Origin: Obrimoposthia wandeli
Taxonomy: Eukaryota
NCBI GenBank assembly: GCA_977020255.1
Contig: CDROCS010000410.1
Location: forward strand, 1 to 64,000
Direction of reading: 5' to 3'
Length of the DNA: 64,000 nt
The position numbers and the translations under genes were made by a program. This document shows, in pieces, positions 41,286 through 53,867 of the stretch (its first letter is position 1; every line of letters begins with the position of its first letter). A model generated the notes under the pieces. The model did no database searches. It saw only the letters and a program-made list of their open reading frames with translations, and was not told the origin of the DNA.

Positions 41286-41840
41286 TTAACAATCCATTCG
41301 AGTAACAAAATTATCCGTGTCTAATTGACGTATTTTTTTACACGACACGTCTGGTGTCCCTAGGTACAGAAAACCAACTATTTCATCTTTTTCTTCAAGC
41401 TCAAGCTTTTGCTTTATAAAATCATTATAAGCAAACCAACCCGTTCGCCAAATACCGTTAAAGCCTTGTGCTTGGGCCGCCATTTGCATCGCCATCACTA
41501 CACAACCCGCTGACATCAATTGTTCCGATTCAGGGATCTTTGGATGTGCTTCTATTCTAGCAATAACAGTAATTATTTGTGGTGCTCGAAATGGCGCATT
41601 CGTCGCCTTTAATACATCTTTCTCGGCTTTACCAAGATTAAATGCAGCATCTCTAAAGTAATGCGAGAGCGTATTTAAACCTTCACCTTCACTGATGATA
41701 AAACGCCAAGGAGTCAGTCCACCGTGATCAGGGGCACGTAATCCAGCATTAATAATATTATCTAACGCTTCACCACTTGGTGCTGGTGCAGAGAGTTGAT
41801 TACAAGAATGGCGGTTTATTAATAGATCAATTGCGTCCAT
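41286..41840 (-). CDS. ydjA: NAD(P)H nitroreductase
   Basis: LLINRHS, RAPDHGGLTPWRF, RAP, GFNGIWRTG, VGFLYLGT; near sppA as in E. coli. Confidence 0.9.
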   Translation of the reverse strand: MDAIDLLINRHSCNQLSAPAPSGEALDNIINAGLRAPDHGGLTPWRFIISEGEGLNTLSHYFRDAAFNLGKAEKDVLKATNAPFRAPQIITVIARIEAHPKIPESEQLMSAGCVVMAMQMAAQAQGFNGIWRTGWFAYNDFIKQKLELEEKDEIVGFLYLGTPDVSCKKIRQLDTDNFVTRMDC

Positions 41841-41889
41841 TATTTACTACTTTGAACAATGAGTGATAGCTAAAGTATTCAATGTTGAC

Positions 41890-41931
41890 TAATAAATATC
41901 AAGAATTAAATAATAAATATCAAAAGTTAAA
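41890..41931. repeat. 21-nt tandem duplication upstream of ydjA
   Basis: taataaatatcaagaattaaa / taataaatatcaaaagttaaa, 19/21 identical. Confidence 0.7.
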
Positions 41932-41943
41932 CAATATAAGATC

Positions 41944-41968
41944 AAAAAAGCCCATACAAGATATGGGC

Positions 41969-41970
<2 letters not shown>
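41944..41970 (-). terminator. Terminator of fadH
   Basis: Minus strand AAGCCCATA-tcttg-TATGGGCTTTTTT. Confidence 0.8.
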
Positions 41971-44109
<2,139 letters not shown>

Positions 44110-44456
44110 CTATCTATTTGATGCACAGCTGTTATTTATTTTAGGTATAGTTGTTATCTATTTATAATTTAGAGTAATTAATTTAATCGTTCATTTCAAA
44201 CGCTATTTTAACTAATACAGCGTACAAGTGTAGCTATAAATTAATGATTTCGTTGATTTTCAATCATTAACAATACATTTAGTCATATTTAAACTAAGCT
44301 AAACTCATCATTATTTTTGATTAATGAGAACTTGATCTACTACACGCTGTCAGAGGTCTGCATTCTAAATTCTTTAATCTAAACTGTATTTATGGCTTAA
44401 TACACAAAACAACACCTATAACTGTCTAATCCCATAGGATTTACTAGGAATATACA

Positions 44457-46319
44457 ATGAGAAAATTATTCTCAATACTCGGATTCATCCTGTCTAAAAT
44501 AGGCAGCTCGATTACCTTTACGCGTAATTTAGTTTTAAATCTATTTTTCATCTTTTTTATTGCCATTATTGTTATCGCGCTACAGCAACAAGAAGATAAA
44601 CCCGTTGTATACGCAGATAATGCCGCCCTGGTGCTTAACCTGAATGGTGTCTTAGTTGACCAACCAAAATTAGTCGACCCGTTTGATCAAGTGATCGGCG
44701 AGTTAGTCGAGTCTAAAAGTGTCGTCAATGAAATTGCGATTTCAGATGTTGTGAACGTGATCAATAACGCTAAAACAGACAATTCGATTTCAGCGCTAGT
44801 TTTAGATCTCGCCCTGTTAAAACCTGCGAGCTTAACAAAGTTGACTGACATTTCTGATGCTCTTGCAGCGTTCAAAGAAAGTAACAAACCGATTTATGCT
44901 TATGGCGATCATTTTAGTCAAGAGCAATACTTCCTAGCCTCTTTCGCTGACGAGATCTTATTAAACCCAGCCGGTGGTGTGTTGCTACAGGGTTACGGTA
45001 GTTACAGTCTGTACTTCAAAGACGCAATCGATAAATTAAACCTGTCTTCACACGTATTCCGTGTCGGCACATATAAATCATTTGTCGAACCCTTTACCCG
45101 TAGCGACATGTCAGCAGAGAGCAAGGAATCCAAGTTAAATTGGCTAAATCAGCTTTGGGATACATATACCAAGGTCGTTGCTGAAAATCGCTCGATTGAT
45201 GCCAATGACGTTGCACCAAAAGCAGACCTCTTTATTGAAAGACTACAGGCGGTAAATGGCGATATTGCCCAATACGCTTTACAACAAAAACTGGTTGATA
45301 AGTTATTAACACGTGAGGAAATATCACGCTATCTAACTAAAAAGCTAAATGGTGAATCTGAACAGTTTGAACAAATTGAATTCCTCGATTATCTCGCGAT
45401 GCAACCGACTCAGTTTCAAGAGCAAGGTTTTGCCAGTGAAGATGGCGTAGGCATTATTTTCGCGAATGGCCAGATCCTTGATGGTAACCAACCAGCAGGC
45501 GCAATTGGCGGTAAATCACTAAGCAAGCTGTTATTACAAGCTAAAGATGATGATAAAGTCAAAGCGCTAGTATTACGTATCGATAGCCCAGGTGGCAGCG
45601 CATTTGCATCGGAACAAATTCGCACCGCGGTATTAGAGGTTAAAGCAGCGGGTAAACCTGTGATTGTGTCTATGGGTAGCGTAGCCGCTTCTGGTGGTTA
45701 TTGGATCGCTTCAGCTGCAGATGAAATCTGGGCTAAGCCAACCACGATTACCGGTTCAATTGGTATTTTTGGTATGTTCGCAACCACTGAAAAATTACTG
45801 GCTAAACTGGGTATTTACAGTGACGGCGTTGGTACAACAGACTACACCGGACTGTCGGTAAATCGTGAATTACCTGCGCACATGGCGCAAATCATTCAAA
45901 TGACAGTTGAAAATGGCTACAGTAACTTCCTCAATGTCGTTGCTGAAGGCCGTGATATGACGACCCAAGAAGTTGATAAAATTGCCCAAGGCCGAGTTTG
46001 GACTGGTAGCGATGCACATAGATTGGGTCTTGTTGATAATCTTGGTAGTCTTAATGACGCAATTGCATCTGCCGCGGCAAAAGCAGACGTATCAAGCGAT
46101 TCATTAATACTAATTCAAACACCACGTAGTGAACGCGATAAATTACTGTCAATGTTTACGCAATCTGTTGCGATGCAGGTATTAACTGAACTTAATATCA
46201 ATCCTAACGGTAACGTGGCAACTTGGTTAGCAACGGTGAGTAATCAAGCAGCGCAATTTAATAACTATTCAGACCCACAAGGTCTGTATGTCGAATGTTT
46301 GGTTTGCGAGATTAAATAG
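44457..46319 (+). CDS. sppA: Signal peptide peptidase (protease IV), 67K type
   Basis: VFRVGTYKSFVEP, RIDSPGGSA, SMGSVAASGGYW, ITGSIGIFG, AQGRVWTG. Confidence 0.96.
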   Translation: MRKLFSILGFILSKIGSSITFTRNLVLNLFFIFFIAIIVIALQQQEDKPVVYADNAALVLNLNGVLVDQPKLVDPFDQVIGELVESKSVVNEIAISDVVNVINNAKTDNSISALVLDLALLKPASLTKLTDISDALAAFKESNKPIYAYGDHFSQEQYFLASFADEILLNPAGGVLLQGYGSYSLYFKDAIDKLNLSSHVFRVGTYKSFVEPFTRSDMSAESKESKLNWLNQLWDTYTKVVAENRSIDANDVAPKADLFIERLQAVNGDIAQYALQQKLVDKLLTREEISRYLTKKLNGESEQFEQIEFLDYLAMQPTQFQEQGFASEDGVGIIFANGQILDGNQPAGAIGGKSLSKLLLQAKDDDKVKALVLRIDSPGGSAFASEQIRTAVLEVKAAGKPVIVSMGSVAASGGYWIASAADEIWAKPTTITGSIGIFGMFATTEKLLAKLGIYSDGVGTTDYTGLSVNRELPAHMAQIIQMTVENGYSNFLNVVAEGRDMTTQEVDKIAQGRVWTGSDAHRLGLVDNLGSLNDAIASAAAKADVSSDSLILIQTPRSERDKLLSMFTQSVAMQVLTELNINPNGNVATWLATVSNQAAQFNNYSDPQGLYVECLVCEIK

Positions 46320-46537
46320 TCACTAATAAATAGAATAGGTTATAAAGTAAATACGTAATAATCGTTATAACCCGATCTATCCATGTGCGGTAAATTTGCC
46401 GATTTACCGCACAATTCAACTCATCCCCTTAATTCCCCTATTTAATTTCATTTTTATTCAGTAAATTAGCATCAAGCTATTCCATTAATTGATTTCAGCA
46501 CTATAATCCCCTTTAAAAACGCACAGGGAATTTATTA

Positions 46538-47548
46538 ATGGCTAAGAAATCAATCTACATTGCATATACTGGTGGCACGATCGGTATGCAACATTCAGAG
46601 CACGGTTATGTACCGATGGAAGGATTCATGACAGATTGCTTAGCGCGTCTACCTGAATTTCACCGCGAAGAAATGCCTGATTTCACACTGCATGAATATT
46701 CGCCGTTAATCGACTCTTCTAATATGTCTCCGTCTGATTGGCAACAAATCGCAGAAGATATCCAAACCAATTATGACAAATATGATGGCTTTGTGATCTT
46801 GCATGGTACCGACACCATGGCCTATACAGCATCTGCATTAGCATTTATGTTAGAAGACCTTGGCAAACCCGTTATCGTTACCGGTTCACAAATTCCGCTT
46901 GCAGAGATCCGTTCTGACGGACAAAGTAACTTACTTAACTCACTTTACTTAGCTGCAAACTACCCTGTTCACGAAGTATGTTTATTCTTTAATAACCAGT
47001 TATTACGTGGTAACAGAACAACTAAAGTACATGCCGATGGTTTCAGCGCTTTTGCAACGCCAAACTGCGAAACCTTATTAAAAGTCGGTATTAACATCGA
47101 AGTGTTATTGGGTGACGTAAAACCAATTGCAGAAAAAACCCTCACGGTAAGTAACATTACACCGCAACCGATTGCGATCGTAACGCTTTATCCTGGTATC
47201 TCAACTGAAGTAATTGGCAACATTCTATTACAACCAGTGAAAGCACTTATCTTGCTTAGCTATGGCGTTGGTAATGCACCGCAAAGCCCAGATATCTTAG
47301 ATGCGCTAGAAGCGGCAAACAAACGCGGTATCGTGGTTGTTAACCTAACACAGTGTATTAAAGGTAAAGTAAACATGGGTGGTTATGCGACAGGTGATGC
47401 ATTAGCACAAGTTGGCGTTATTTCAGGTTTCGATATGACAACTGAAGCAGCATTAACCAAACTACACTACTTGATCAGTAAAAACCTACCAAGCGAAGAA
47501 ATCAAAGTATTGATGCAACAGAATATTCGTGGTGAATTAAGCCACTAG
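46538..47548 (+). CDS. ansA: L-asparaginase I (cytoplasmic)
   Basis: AYTGGTIGM, LIDSSNM, LHGTDTMAY, TGSQIP. Confidence 0.96.
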   Translation: MAKKSIYIAYTGGTIGMQHSEHGYVPMEGFMTDCLARLPEFHREEMPDFTLHEYSPLIDSSNMSPSDWQQIAEDIQTNYDKYDGFVILHGTDTMAYTASALAFMLEDLGKPVIVTGSQIPLAEIRSDGQSNLLNSLYLAANYPVHEVCLFFNNQLLRGNRTTKVHADGFSAFATPNCETLLKVGINIEVLLGDVKPIAEKTLTVSNITPQPIAIVTLYPGISTEVIGNILLQPVKALILLSYGVGNAPQSPDILDALEAANKRGIVVVNLTQCIKGKVNMGGYATGDALAQVGVISGFDMTTEAALTKLHYLISKNLPSEEIKVLMQQNIRGELSH

Positions 47549-47616
47549 GCTATGACTATAAATACGATAATGTTGCGTTAGCTGGCATTTGCTATATCGC
47601 TATAAAGTAGACAAAT

Positions 47617-47651
47617 AAAAAGGGAAAGACATTCGTGTCTTTCCCTTTTTT
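47617..47651. terminator. Bidirectional terminator between ansA and punC
   Basis: AAAAAGGGAAAGACA-TTCG-TGTCTTTCCCTTTTTT. Confidence 0.9.
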
Positions 47652-47653
47652 AT

Positions 47654-47695
47654 TTTTAACTTTTAACTTTTAACTTTTAACTTTTAACTTTTAAC
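47654..47695. repeat. Perfect heptamer VNTR (TTTTAAC)x6
   Basis: Six exact copies between the terminator and the punC stop codon. Confidence 0.95.
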
Positions 47696-47705
47696 TAGAG
47701 GAAGC

Positions 47706-48974
47706 TTAAGCGACAGCCGCTTCAGTTACAACGTCTGCAGTCTGTTTATGTTTTGCTAACAGATAACCAACCACAATCAATCCGCCTTGGAACAACATAA
47801 CGGCAGTCACCGCATAAAGTCCTTGGTCAGAAAACGCAGACACGACACTACTTGCTAAGAAACAAAACATCGTCTGCAAGAAGTTAAGCACCCCTGCCGC
47901 TGTCGCACTGCAATTTTTAAAATCAGCTAAAGCAGCATTAATAACCAATGGATAAATTGCACCATTCGCAACTGCTAAGAAACAAAATGGGATCAAAATA
48001 GGCCAAATCGTCGTCGGAGCAGTGACAAAAGTGATCACAAACATAGTCACAACTGTTGCGATAAATAAAGTAATTAACCAAGGCAGTAATTGCTTCGCAC
48101 TAAAACGAGCTAACAAGCTACGGCAACCATAACCACCGACAAGAAAAGCGACTGTCTGCGGTAAGTAACTCAGACCAATATCTGCACCTGAATAACCCAT
48201 TGCAGTCATAATGAAAGGTGAACCGGTTAAATAGGCGAAGAAAGCAGCGGAGCATGCCGCAAATATTAACATGTTACCCATGAATATTTTTGATTTTACA
48301 ATCTGCTTATAATCTCGCGCTAACTGCACGGTTAACTTTTCTTGTTTTTTATCTAAAGGCGCACTTTCTTTTTGTCCCATTGTCGCAAAAGATAAAGCCA
48401 AGCCAATAACCACAAGTACAATAAAAATACTGCGCCAGCCAAAGAACTCTTCTAACCCAGCACCTAACAAAGGCGCTAATGCAGGAGACAAGGCAACAAG
48501 TGGCATAATCGTCGCAAAAACACGTTCCGATGCTTTACCTTGGTAACGGTCTATCACCACAGCTTGCCAAATCACAGTACCCGCACACGCACCTAATGCT
48601 TGACCAAAACGAGCGACTAAAAATAATTCAATGCTGTTAGATACAGAGATAACCACGGTTGATACCACAAAGATGGTCATGCCCACAAACAGCATTTTTT
48701 TACGGCCGATACGATCAGATAAAGGGCCATATACTAATTGGCCTAACGCCATACCCAACAAGAAGATACTTAGCGATAAACTGATCAGTGTTTGTGTCGT
48801 GCCAAACTCATGACGGATAGTTTCGAATGCAGGTAAATACATATCCGTGGCGAGAAAACCCAACATGCTTAATCCAGAAAACCAGATCATCGTGCTCATT
48901 GACGCGTTTTTTGTACTATTCACTGTGGCGTTATTTGTTATCGTGTTTTTTCTATTGTTTTTAATATTGTTCAT
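47706..48974 (-). CDS. punC: Bcr/CflA-family MFS transporter, purine nucleoside transporter PunC-like
   Basis: LSMLGFLATDMYLPAF, YGPLSDRIGRK, VALSPALAPLLG, ANGAIYP; divergent LysR as with ydhC/ydhB. Confidence 0.85.
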   Translation of the reverse strand: MNNIKNNRKNTITNNATVNSTKNASMSTMIWFSGLSMLGFLATDMYLPAFETIRHEFGTTQTLISLSLSIFLLGMALGQLVYGPLSDRIGRKKMLFVGMTIFVVSTVVISVSNSIELFLVARFGQALGACAGTVIWQAVVIDRYQGKASERVFATIMPLVALSPALAPLLGAGLEEFFGWRSIFIVLVVIGLALSFATMGQKESAPLDKKQEKLTVQLARDYKQIVKSKIFMGNMLIFAACSAAFFAYLTGSPFIMTAMGYSGADIGLSYLPQTVAFLVGGYGCRSLLARFSAKQLLPWLITLFIATVVTMFVITFVTAPTTIWPILIPFCFLAVANGAIYPLVINAALADFKNCSATAAGVLNFLQTMFCFLASSVVSAFSDQGLYAVTAVMLFQGGLIVVGYLLAKHKQTADVVTEAAVA

Positions 48975-49058
48975 TGCTTAACTACATAGACGAATGATGA
49001 TGTTGCTAGTTTAATACTGGCATTCACGTTTGAGAAACGCTAATATTTCACCATTGCC

Positions 49059-49073
49059 ATCGAAAAATTTGAT
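49059..49073. promoter_or_regulatory. Candidate LysR recognition site (ATC-N9-GAT)
   Basis: ATCgaaaaatttGAT just upstream of the punR ATG in the punC-punR divergent region. Confidence 0.4.
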
Positions 49074-49077
49074 ACGT

Positions 49078-49980
49078 ATGTTTTCTCAACAAGATCTGCA
49101 GGTTATCGACGCTGTTGCCCGACGTGGTAGTTTCACCGCAGCAGCAGACGAACTCTGTAAAGTACCCAGCGCCATCAGCTATACTGTGCGTAATATTGAA
49201 GAGCGCTTAGCTGTGGCATTATTCATCCGCCTACATCGTAAGGTAGAACTAACCCCTGCCGGCGAATACTTTGTTATCGAGTCGCGTAAGTTACTCAAAC
49301 AAATGGCGCACATGAAGTTTCAAACCCAACGTGTGGCCCATGGCTGGAACGAAAGCGTGTCTCTCGCGTTAGATAACGTCGTCCATGAAGGTCGTATCAA
49401 TACCATGGTCGGTGATTTTTATAACGCATTTCCAGATGTTGAACTGCTGCTAACCATGGAAGTATACAACGGGGTTTGGGATGCCTTAACCGATTCACGT
49501 GCTGATATCGCGATTGGCGCGACAGCAACGATCCCGGTAAGTGGTGGGTTTGATTACCGTAGCATGGGTGAACTAAAGTGGACATTTGTCGTCAGCCCTA
49601 ATCACCCACTGGCCAATGCATCACAAGCGATCGATGATGAAGAGCTAGCCAAATACCCAGTTATTTGTTTAGAAGACACTGCGCGGAAGTTGCCTAAACG
49701 TACAACTTGGTTACTCGACAACCAACGCCGTCTGGTTGTACCAAATTGGCACAGTGCCACACAACTGTTAAAAGGTGGCTTAGGTATTGCGATCATGCCC
49801 GCACACATGGCTAATAAACTATTACTCACGGGCGAGTTAATAGAGAAAGAAGTCATTACAAGCTTGCCAGTTAGCGATTGTTGTTTAGCTTGGAATACCA
49901 AACGCATGAGCCCCGCGATCGCCTGGTTACTAGATTATTTAGGAGACAGCGAGCAATTACATCAACAATGGTTGGAATAA
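49078..49980 (+). CDS. punR: LysR-family regulator PunR
   Basis: MFSQQDL, GSFTAAADEL.KVPSAISY; divergent from punC. Start at ATG 49078 rather than the TTG at 49030. Confidence 0.85.
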   Translation: MFSQQDLQVIDAVARRGSFTAAADELCKVPSAISYTVRNIEERLAVALFIRLHRKVELTPAGEYFVIESRKLLKQMAHMKFQTQRVAHGWNESVSLALDNVVHEGRINTMVGDFYNAFPDVELLLTMEVYNGVWDALTDSRADIAIGATATIPVSGGFDYRSMGELKWTFVVSPNHPLANASQAIDDEELAKYPVICLEDTARKLPKRTTWLLDNQRRLVVPNWHSATQLLKGGLGIAIMPAHMANKLLLTGELIEKEVITSLPVSDCCLAWNTKRMSPAIAWLLDYLGDSEQLHQQWLE

Positions 49981-50052
49981 TAACTGTTATGCTTGCCATT
50001 GATCTCCTATAATTAGGTCTATTGATTGTATTTAAAAGGATTTACTTTTCCA

Positions 50053-53000
50053 ATGGCAACTTCACCCTCAACTTTTCGTCAGCGTTTTTCACGTGCGCCG
50101 CGCTATCAACGTCTCTGTAGTTATGCACTCGTTGCCTATACCTTGTATGCCTTACTGTTAGGTTTACTCGTTCCGTATCTGGCAAAAAGTATCGCACCCG
50201 AGAAACTGAGCGCCTTACTCGGCCGTCCTGTACAAATACAAGATGTTAGTGTTAACCCGTTTACGCTTAAGTTTGAAGTCAAAGGTTTTGCCATTCAAAC
50301 GCCCGAGCAACAAGATTTTACTGGTGTGGGCCGTTTAACCCTGCAAGTTAACTTATGGAAAAGTCTATTTAACGGTAGCGTCAATATTGAGACTATCGAA
50401 ATTGACAATGCTTTTGCCAAAATCGAAAAATTAGATGCCACGCAATTTAATTTCTCTGATATTCCAGAACACATGGCTACACAAGCTGCACTGGCTGAGG
50501 CCGCGGAGCCAGTTACTGAAGAGCCTATTAATGAAGAAGCAGAAAGCAGTCAATTACCGCATATCCAAATTGCTAATATCAGTATAACCAATACGGCATT
50601 TAATTTTAAAGATCAGCCTACTGGTACTGAACTTGATTACCCAGCAATCAATTTCATCCTGACTAAATTCAATAGCATTGCCATGCTTAAAAATAAACAG
50701 CAGGACAATGCACCGACACCGACTTACAACAGCTTTGATTTAAGTATCGAAGGCAGTGATGAAAGTGCTGTAACCACGGCTGGTCGATTCCAGTTAACAC
50801 CATTAGAAGCACAAGGCGAACTTGCACTTAAGCACATTAAACTCACCACATTCTGGCCGTTCATTGCCAAAGAAATTATTGCTGAGTTAGAATCAGGTGT
50901 TATTGATTTAGCCACTAACTACCGCTTTATTGCTGACATAACACCAGATGCAGAAACACCGACCCCACAGTTAATCACTGACACTGGTGAGTTTGCATTA
51001 CGTTCACTGATATTTACGTCTGACGATAACGAGTTGATTAACCTGCCCTTGCTTACAGCTGCAGGCATCGCGTTAGATTTAGAAAAGCAACTTGTCGGAA
51101 TTGATAATGTCAGTACCGACGGCTTACAACTTCATGCCAGTATTAATAAAGGCGAAGTCGATTTAGCGGCATTACTAACACCAGCGTCAGTAACTAGCGA
51201 AACAGCTTCGAGTGTCGTGGTTGTTGCGCCTGTGGAATCTAAGCAAACCACAGCAGAACAAGACTCCGTTGTTAGTTCGGTTGTCGATGTCATCGAAACC
51301 GTATCAGAAATAGAAGTCGAATCAGTTGTTGAACAAGTCGCAGCAATTGAAGCAAGATCAGACGCCCGCGTATGGGTGGTGAAGCTTGGGGAATTCAATT
51401 TAACCAATTATGATATCAACATTGTAGACTCATGGATAACAAAGGCCACCAAATGGCGTATTGCCCCACTGAACTTTAGCACTAGCGCAATATCAAGTAG
51501 CTATGACGCGCCAATTGACTATGAACTCGCACTGAGTATTAATGATAACGGTAGCTTTACTTCTAAGGGTAGCGTTGATATTAAGCAACAATCTATTGAT
51601 GCTTACTTCAGTCTAGAAAAACTGAATTTAACTCAATTCCAACCTTACATTAGCCCTTACCTGAATATCACCTTGGACAGTGGCTATTTCACCACCAAAG
51701 GTGACCTTTTAGCTGACAGCAAGGGTACTGCGCGTTTTAATGGCGAAGTTCAAGTTGAAACACTTGCTATTCATGACAACAAATTGAATAAATCACTGCT
51801 CAAATGGCAAGACTTTACCATCAACAGTATCGCGCTTGATCAACAAAAGAATAGCTTGTTGATCGACCACATCAAACTGACTAAACCTTATGTACAAGTC
51901 ATCGTCGCGGCAGATAAAAGCTCAAACATTTCTGACTTAGTGATAGAGCAGAAACCGTCTGATGAACCGAAAAAATCAGCAGAAGAAGTAACCACGACAG
52001 ACTCAACACCTGCTGAAAATAAAGCGCCAGCGGCTGATATGTTGATTGAATTGAATAAATTCACGTTACTTGCAGGTAAAGTCGATTATACCGACAACGT
52101 GCTTAAGCCGAGTTTTGAAGCGACTATCGATAAGATAAAAGGTCACATTGGTAAAATATCATCAACCACAACCAAAAATGCAGAAATTGACATTCAAGCC
52201 ATCGTTAATAAATATGCACCTATGACCTTAAAAGGGGTGGTTAATCCGTTAATCCCAGAACCTTTTCTTGATGTAGAGTTTGTGTTTAACAACTTTGAAT
52301 TACCCTCAATGACGCCCTACTCTGGTACTTATGCTGGTTTAGATATTGATGAAGGTCAGCTCTCTCTTGCGCTTAAATACAAATTAGAAAATAATCACTT
52401 AGAGGGTAGCAATAAGATTTTAATTGACCAACTAGATATGAATGACACCCCAGACAGCGACGCCGGTAGCATACTGCCTATTACTTTAGCGATTCCATTG
52501 CTAAAAGACAGCCGTGGCGCCATTGATTTAGGAGTTAACGTATCAGGTGATATTAATGATCCTAGCTTTAATGTCGGTGAGATCGTACTCAAATCATTGA
52601 GCAACATTATTCTTAAAGCAGTAACGTCGCCGTTTACGCTATTAGCTGGTCTTGTTGATACAACTGAAGACTTAGACAAGGTCAGCTTTGCCAATGGCTC
52701 GGCAGTACTCGCGCTAACAGAGCAAAGCAAACTAAATACATTAGCTAAAGCCCTCGCTAAGCGCCCTGACATAAAGCTTAATATCAAAGGCAGCTATGAC
52801 AGCAATCTAGATAAAGTATCACTGCAAAATAGCATCCTTAATGACAAGTTAAGTAAATCATCGGGTATTGTTATTACACCAGACAGTAACGAAACAACAT
52901 TGCCGGAATCGACAGAAGTGACCAATGCGTTGGTTAATTTGTATGAATCAGAAACCAAAGGTAAGGCCGATGCATTGCGTGTTGCGATTACGACACAACA

Positions 53001-53244
53001 ACCTAAACTCGCTAATGCAGAGTTGGATCAAGCTTGGTTACGCAGCTTATATACTCAAACCAGCAAGCTACAAACGGTGACTGACAAGCAATTAAGACGT
53101 TTAGCAAAAGCACGTGCAAATGCCATTAAAACCCACTTACGTGATGTGAGTAAAGTCGATGCCGGACGCGTCTTTGTATTAAGCCATCAAAGTAATGTGC
53201 CATCAACAAGTACCCAAACAACACTAACAATGGTAGTCAAATAA
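50053..53244 (+). CDS. Large DUF748 (AsmA-like) protein with a C-terminal OmpA-like domain
   Basis: N-terminal TM then LGRPVQIQDVSVNPFTL; YSGTYAG..IDEGQL; VGEIVLKSL..AVTSPF; FANGSA..RPDIKLNIKG..RANAIK. Confidence 0.85.
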   Translation: MATSPSTFRQRFSRAPRYQRLCSYALVAYTLYALLLGLLVPYLAKSIAPEKLSALLGRPVQIQDVSVNPFTLKFEVKGFAIQTPEQQDFTGVGRLTLQVNLWKSLFNGSVNIETIEIDNAFAKIEKLDATQFNFSDIPEHMATQAALAEAAEPVTEEPINEEAESSQLPHIQIANISITNTAFNFKDQPTGTELDYPAINFILTKFNSIAMLKNKQQDNAPTPTYNSFDLSIEGSDESAVTTAGRFQLTPLEAQGELALKHIKLTTFWPFIAKEIIAELESGVIDLATNYRFIADITPDAETPTPQLITDTGEFALRSLIFTSDDNELINLPLLTAAGIALDLEKQLVGIDNVSTDGLQLHASINKGEVDLAALLTPASVTSETASSVVVVAPVESKQTTAEQDSVVSSVVDVIETVSEIEVESVVEQVAAIEARSDARVWVVKLGEFNLTNYDINIVDSWITKATKWRIAPLNFSTSAISSSYDAPIDYELALSINDNGSFTSKGSVDIKQQSIDAYFSLEKLNLTQFQPYISPYLNITLDSGYFTTKGDLLADSKGTARFNGEVQVETLAIHDNKLNKSLLKWQDFTINSIALDQQKNSLLIDHIKLTKPYVQVIVAADKSSNISDLVIEQKPSDEPKKSAEEVTTTDSTPAENKAPAADMLIELNKFTLLAGKVDYTDNVLKPSFEATIDKIKGHIGKISSTTTKNAEIDIQAIVNKYAPMTLKGVVNPLIPEPFLDVEFVFNNFELPSMTPYSGTYAGLDIDEGQLSLALKYKLENNHLEGSNKILIDQLDMNDTPDSDAGSILPITLAIPLLKDSRGAIDLGVNVSGDINDPSFNVGEIVLKSLSNIILKAVTSPFTLLAGLVDTTEDLDKVSFANGSAVLALTEQSKLNTLAKALAKRPDIKLNIKGSYDSNLDKVSLQNSILNDKLSKSSGIVITPDSNETTLPESTEVTNALVNLYESETKGKADALRVAITTQQPKLANAELDQAWLRSLYTQTSKLQTVTDKQLRRLAKARANAIKTHLRDVSKVDAGRVFVLSHQSNVPSTSTQTTLTMVVK

Positions 53245-53535
53245 ACAGTAAAGGTAACGTAAATAATAGTAATTAGATAAATAGTAAATAAGTTTAAAAT
53301 AGGCCTCATTGATTTGTGCTATTAAAATCAATGAGGTCGACCCCCACCCTCATATTGCCACTATCAAGCCTATTTCCGATAAATATACAAATCACAAATC
53401 ATGTCTTATGCTTAACTCAGATTAAATTGAATTTCACAAAGCTAGTTTAAATTAAATAAACCTAATTTGAATGCCAAGTTGTTTACAATTGACTGATGAA
53501 GACGTCTTCAGTTAGCGGTAATTGGAGGTCGTTTT

Positions 53536-53862
53536 ATGCTTGAAGGTAATTTCATTACGGTAAAATCTGAACTGTTAATAAGACACATTCACCAGTTCAT
53601 GAACCACAAACTCAGTTACAGTATACTCTCAGACTATGGTTGGGAAATATTACAAGACTGGCAGCGTTTAAACATCGTGGACAACAAGATTGCGAGCTCA
53701 AAAGAACAAGTATTTTGGTACTTACTCTTCGAGCTGCAAATTCAAGATGAAGTCTCGTTATTACATGATAAAGCGCTGAATCTAAAACTAGATCATTGCA
53801 TACTGTTTTTACAAGGGCAGCTTGATATGCCTGATGACTGTATTGGTATCAGACCTAATTAG
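53536..53862 (+). CDS. Hypothetical protein (108 aa)
   Basis: GGAGG RBS; EQVFWYLLFEL and C-terminal CIGIRP; no recognised motif. Confidence 0.7.
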   Translation: MLEGNFITVKSELLIRHIHQFMNHKLSYSILSDYGWEILQDWQRLNIVDNKIASSKEQVFWYLLFELQIQDEVSLLHDKALNLKLDHCILFLQGQLDMPDDCIGIRPN

Positions 53863-53867
53863 CGTTA

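Noticed and set aside
44195-44212. Possible PsrA site TTCAAACG..ATTTTAA upstream of fadH
   Set aside because: Right half-site matches too poorly to support.
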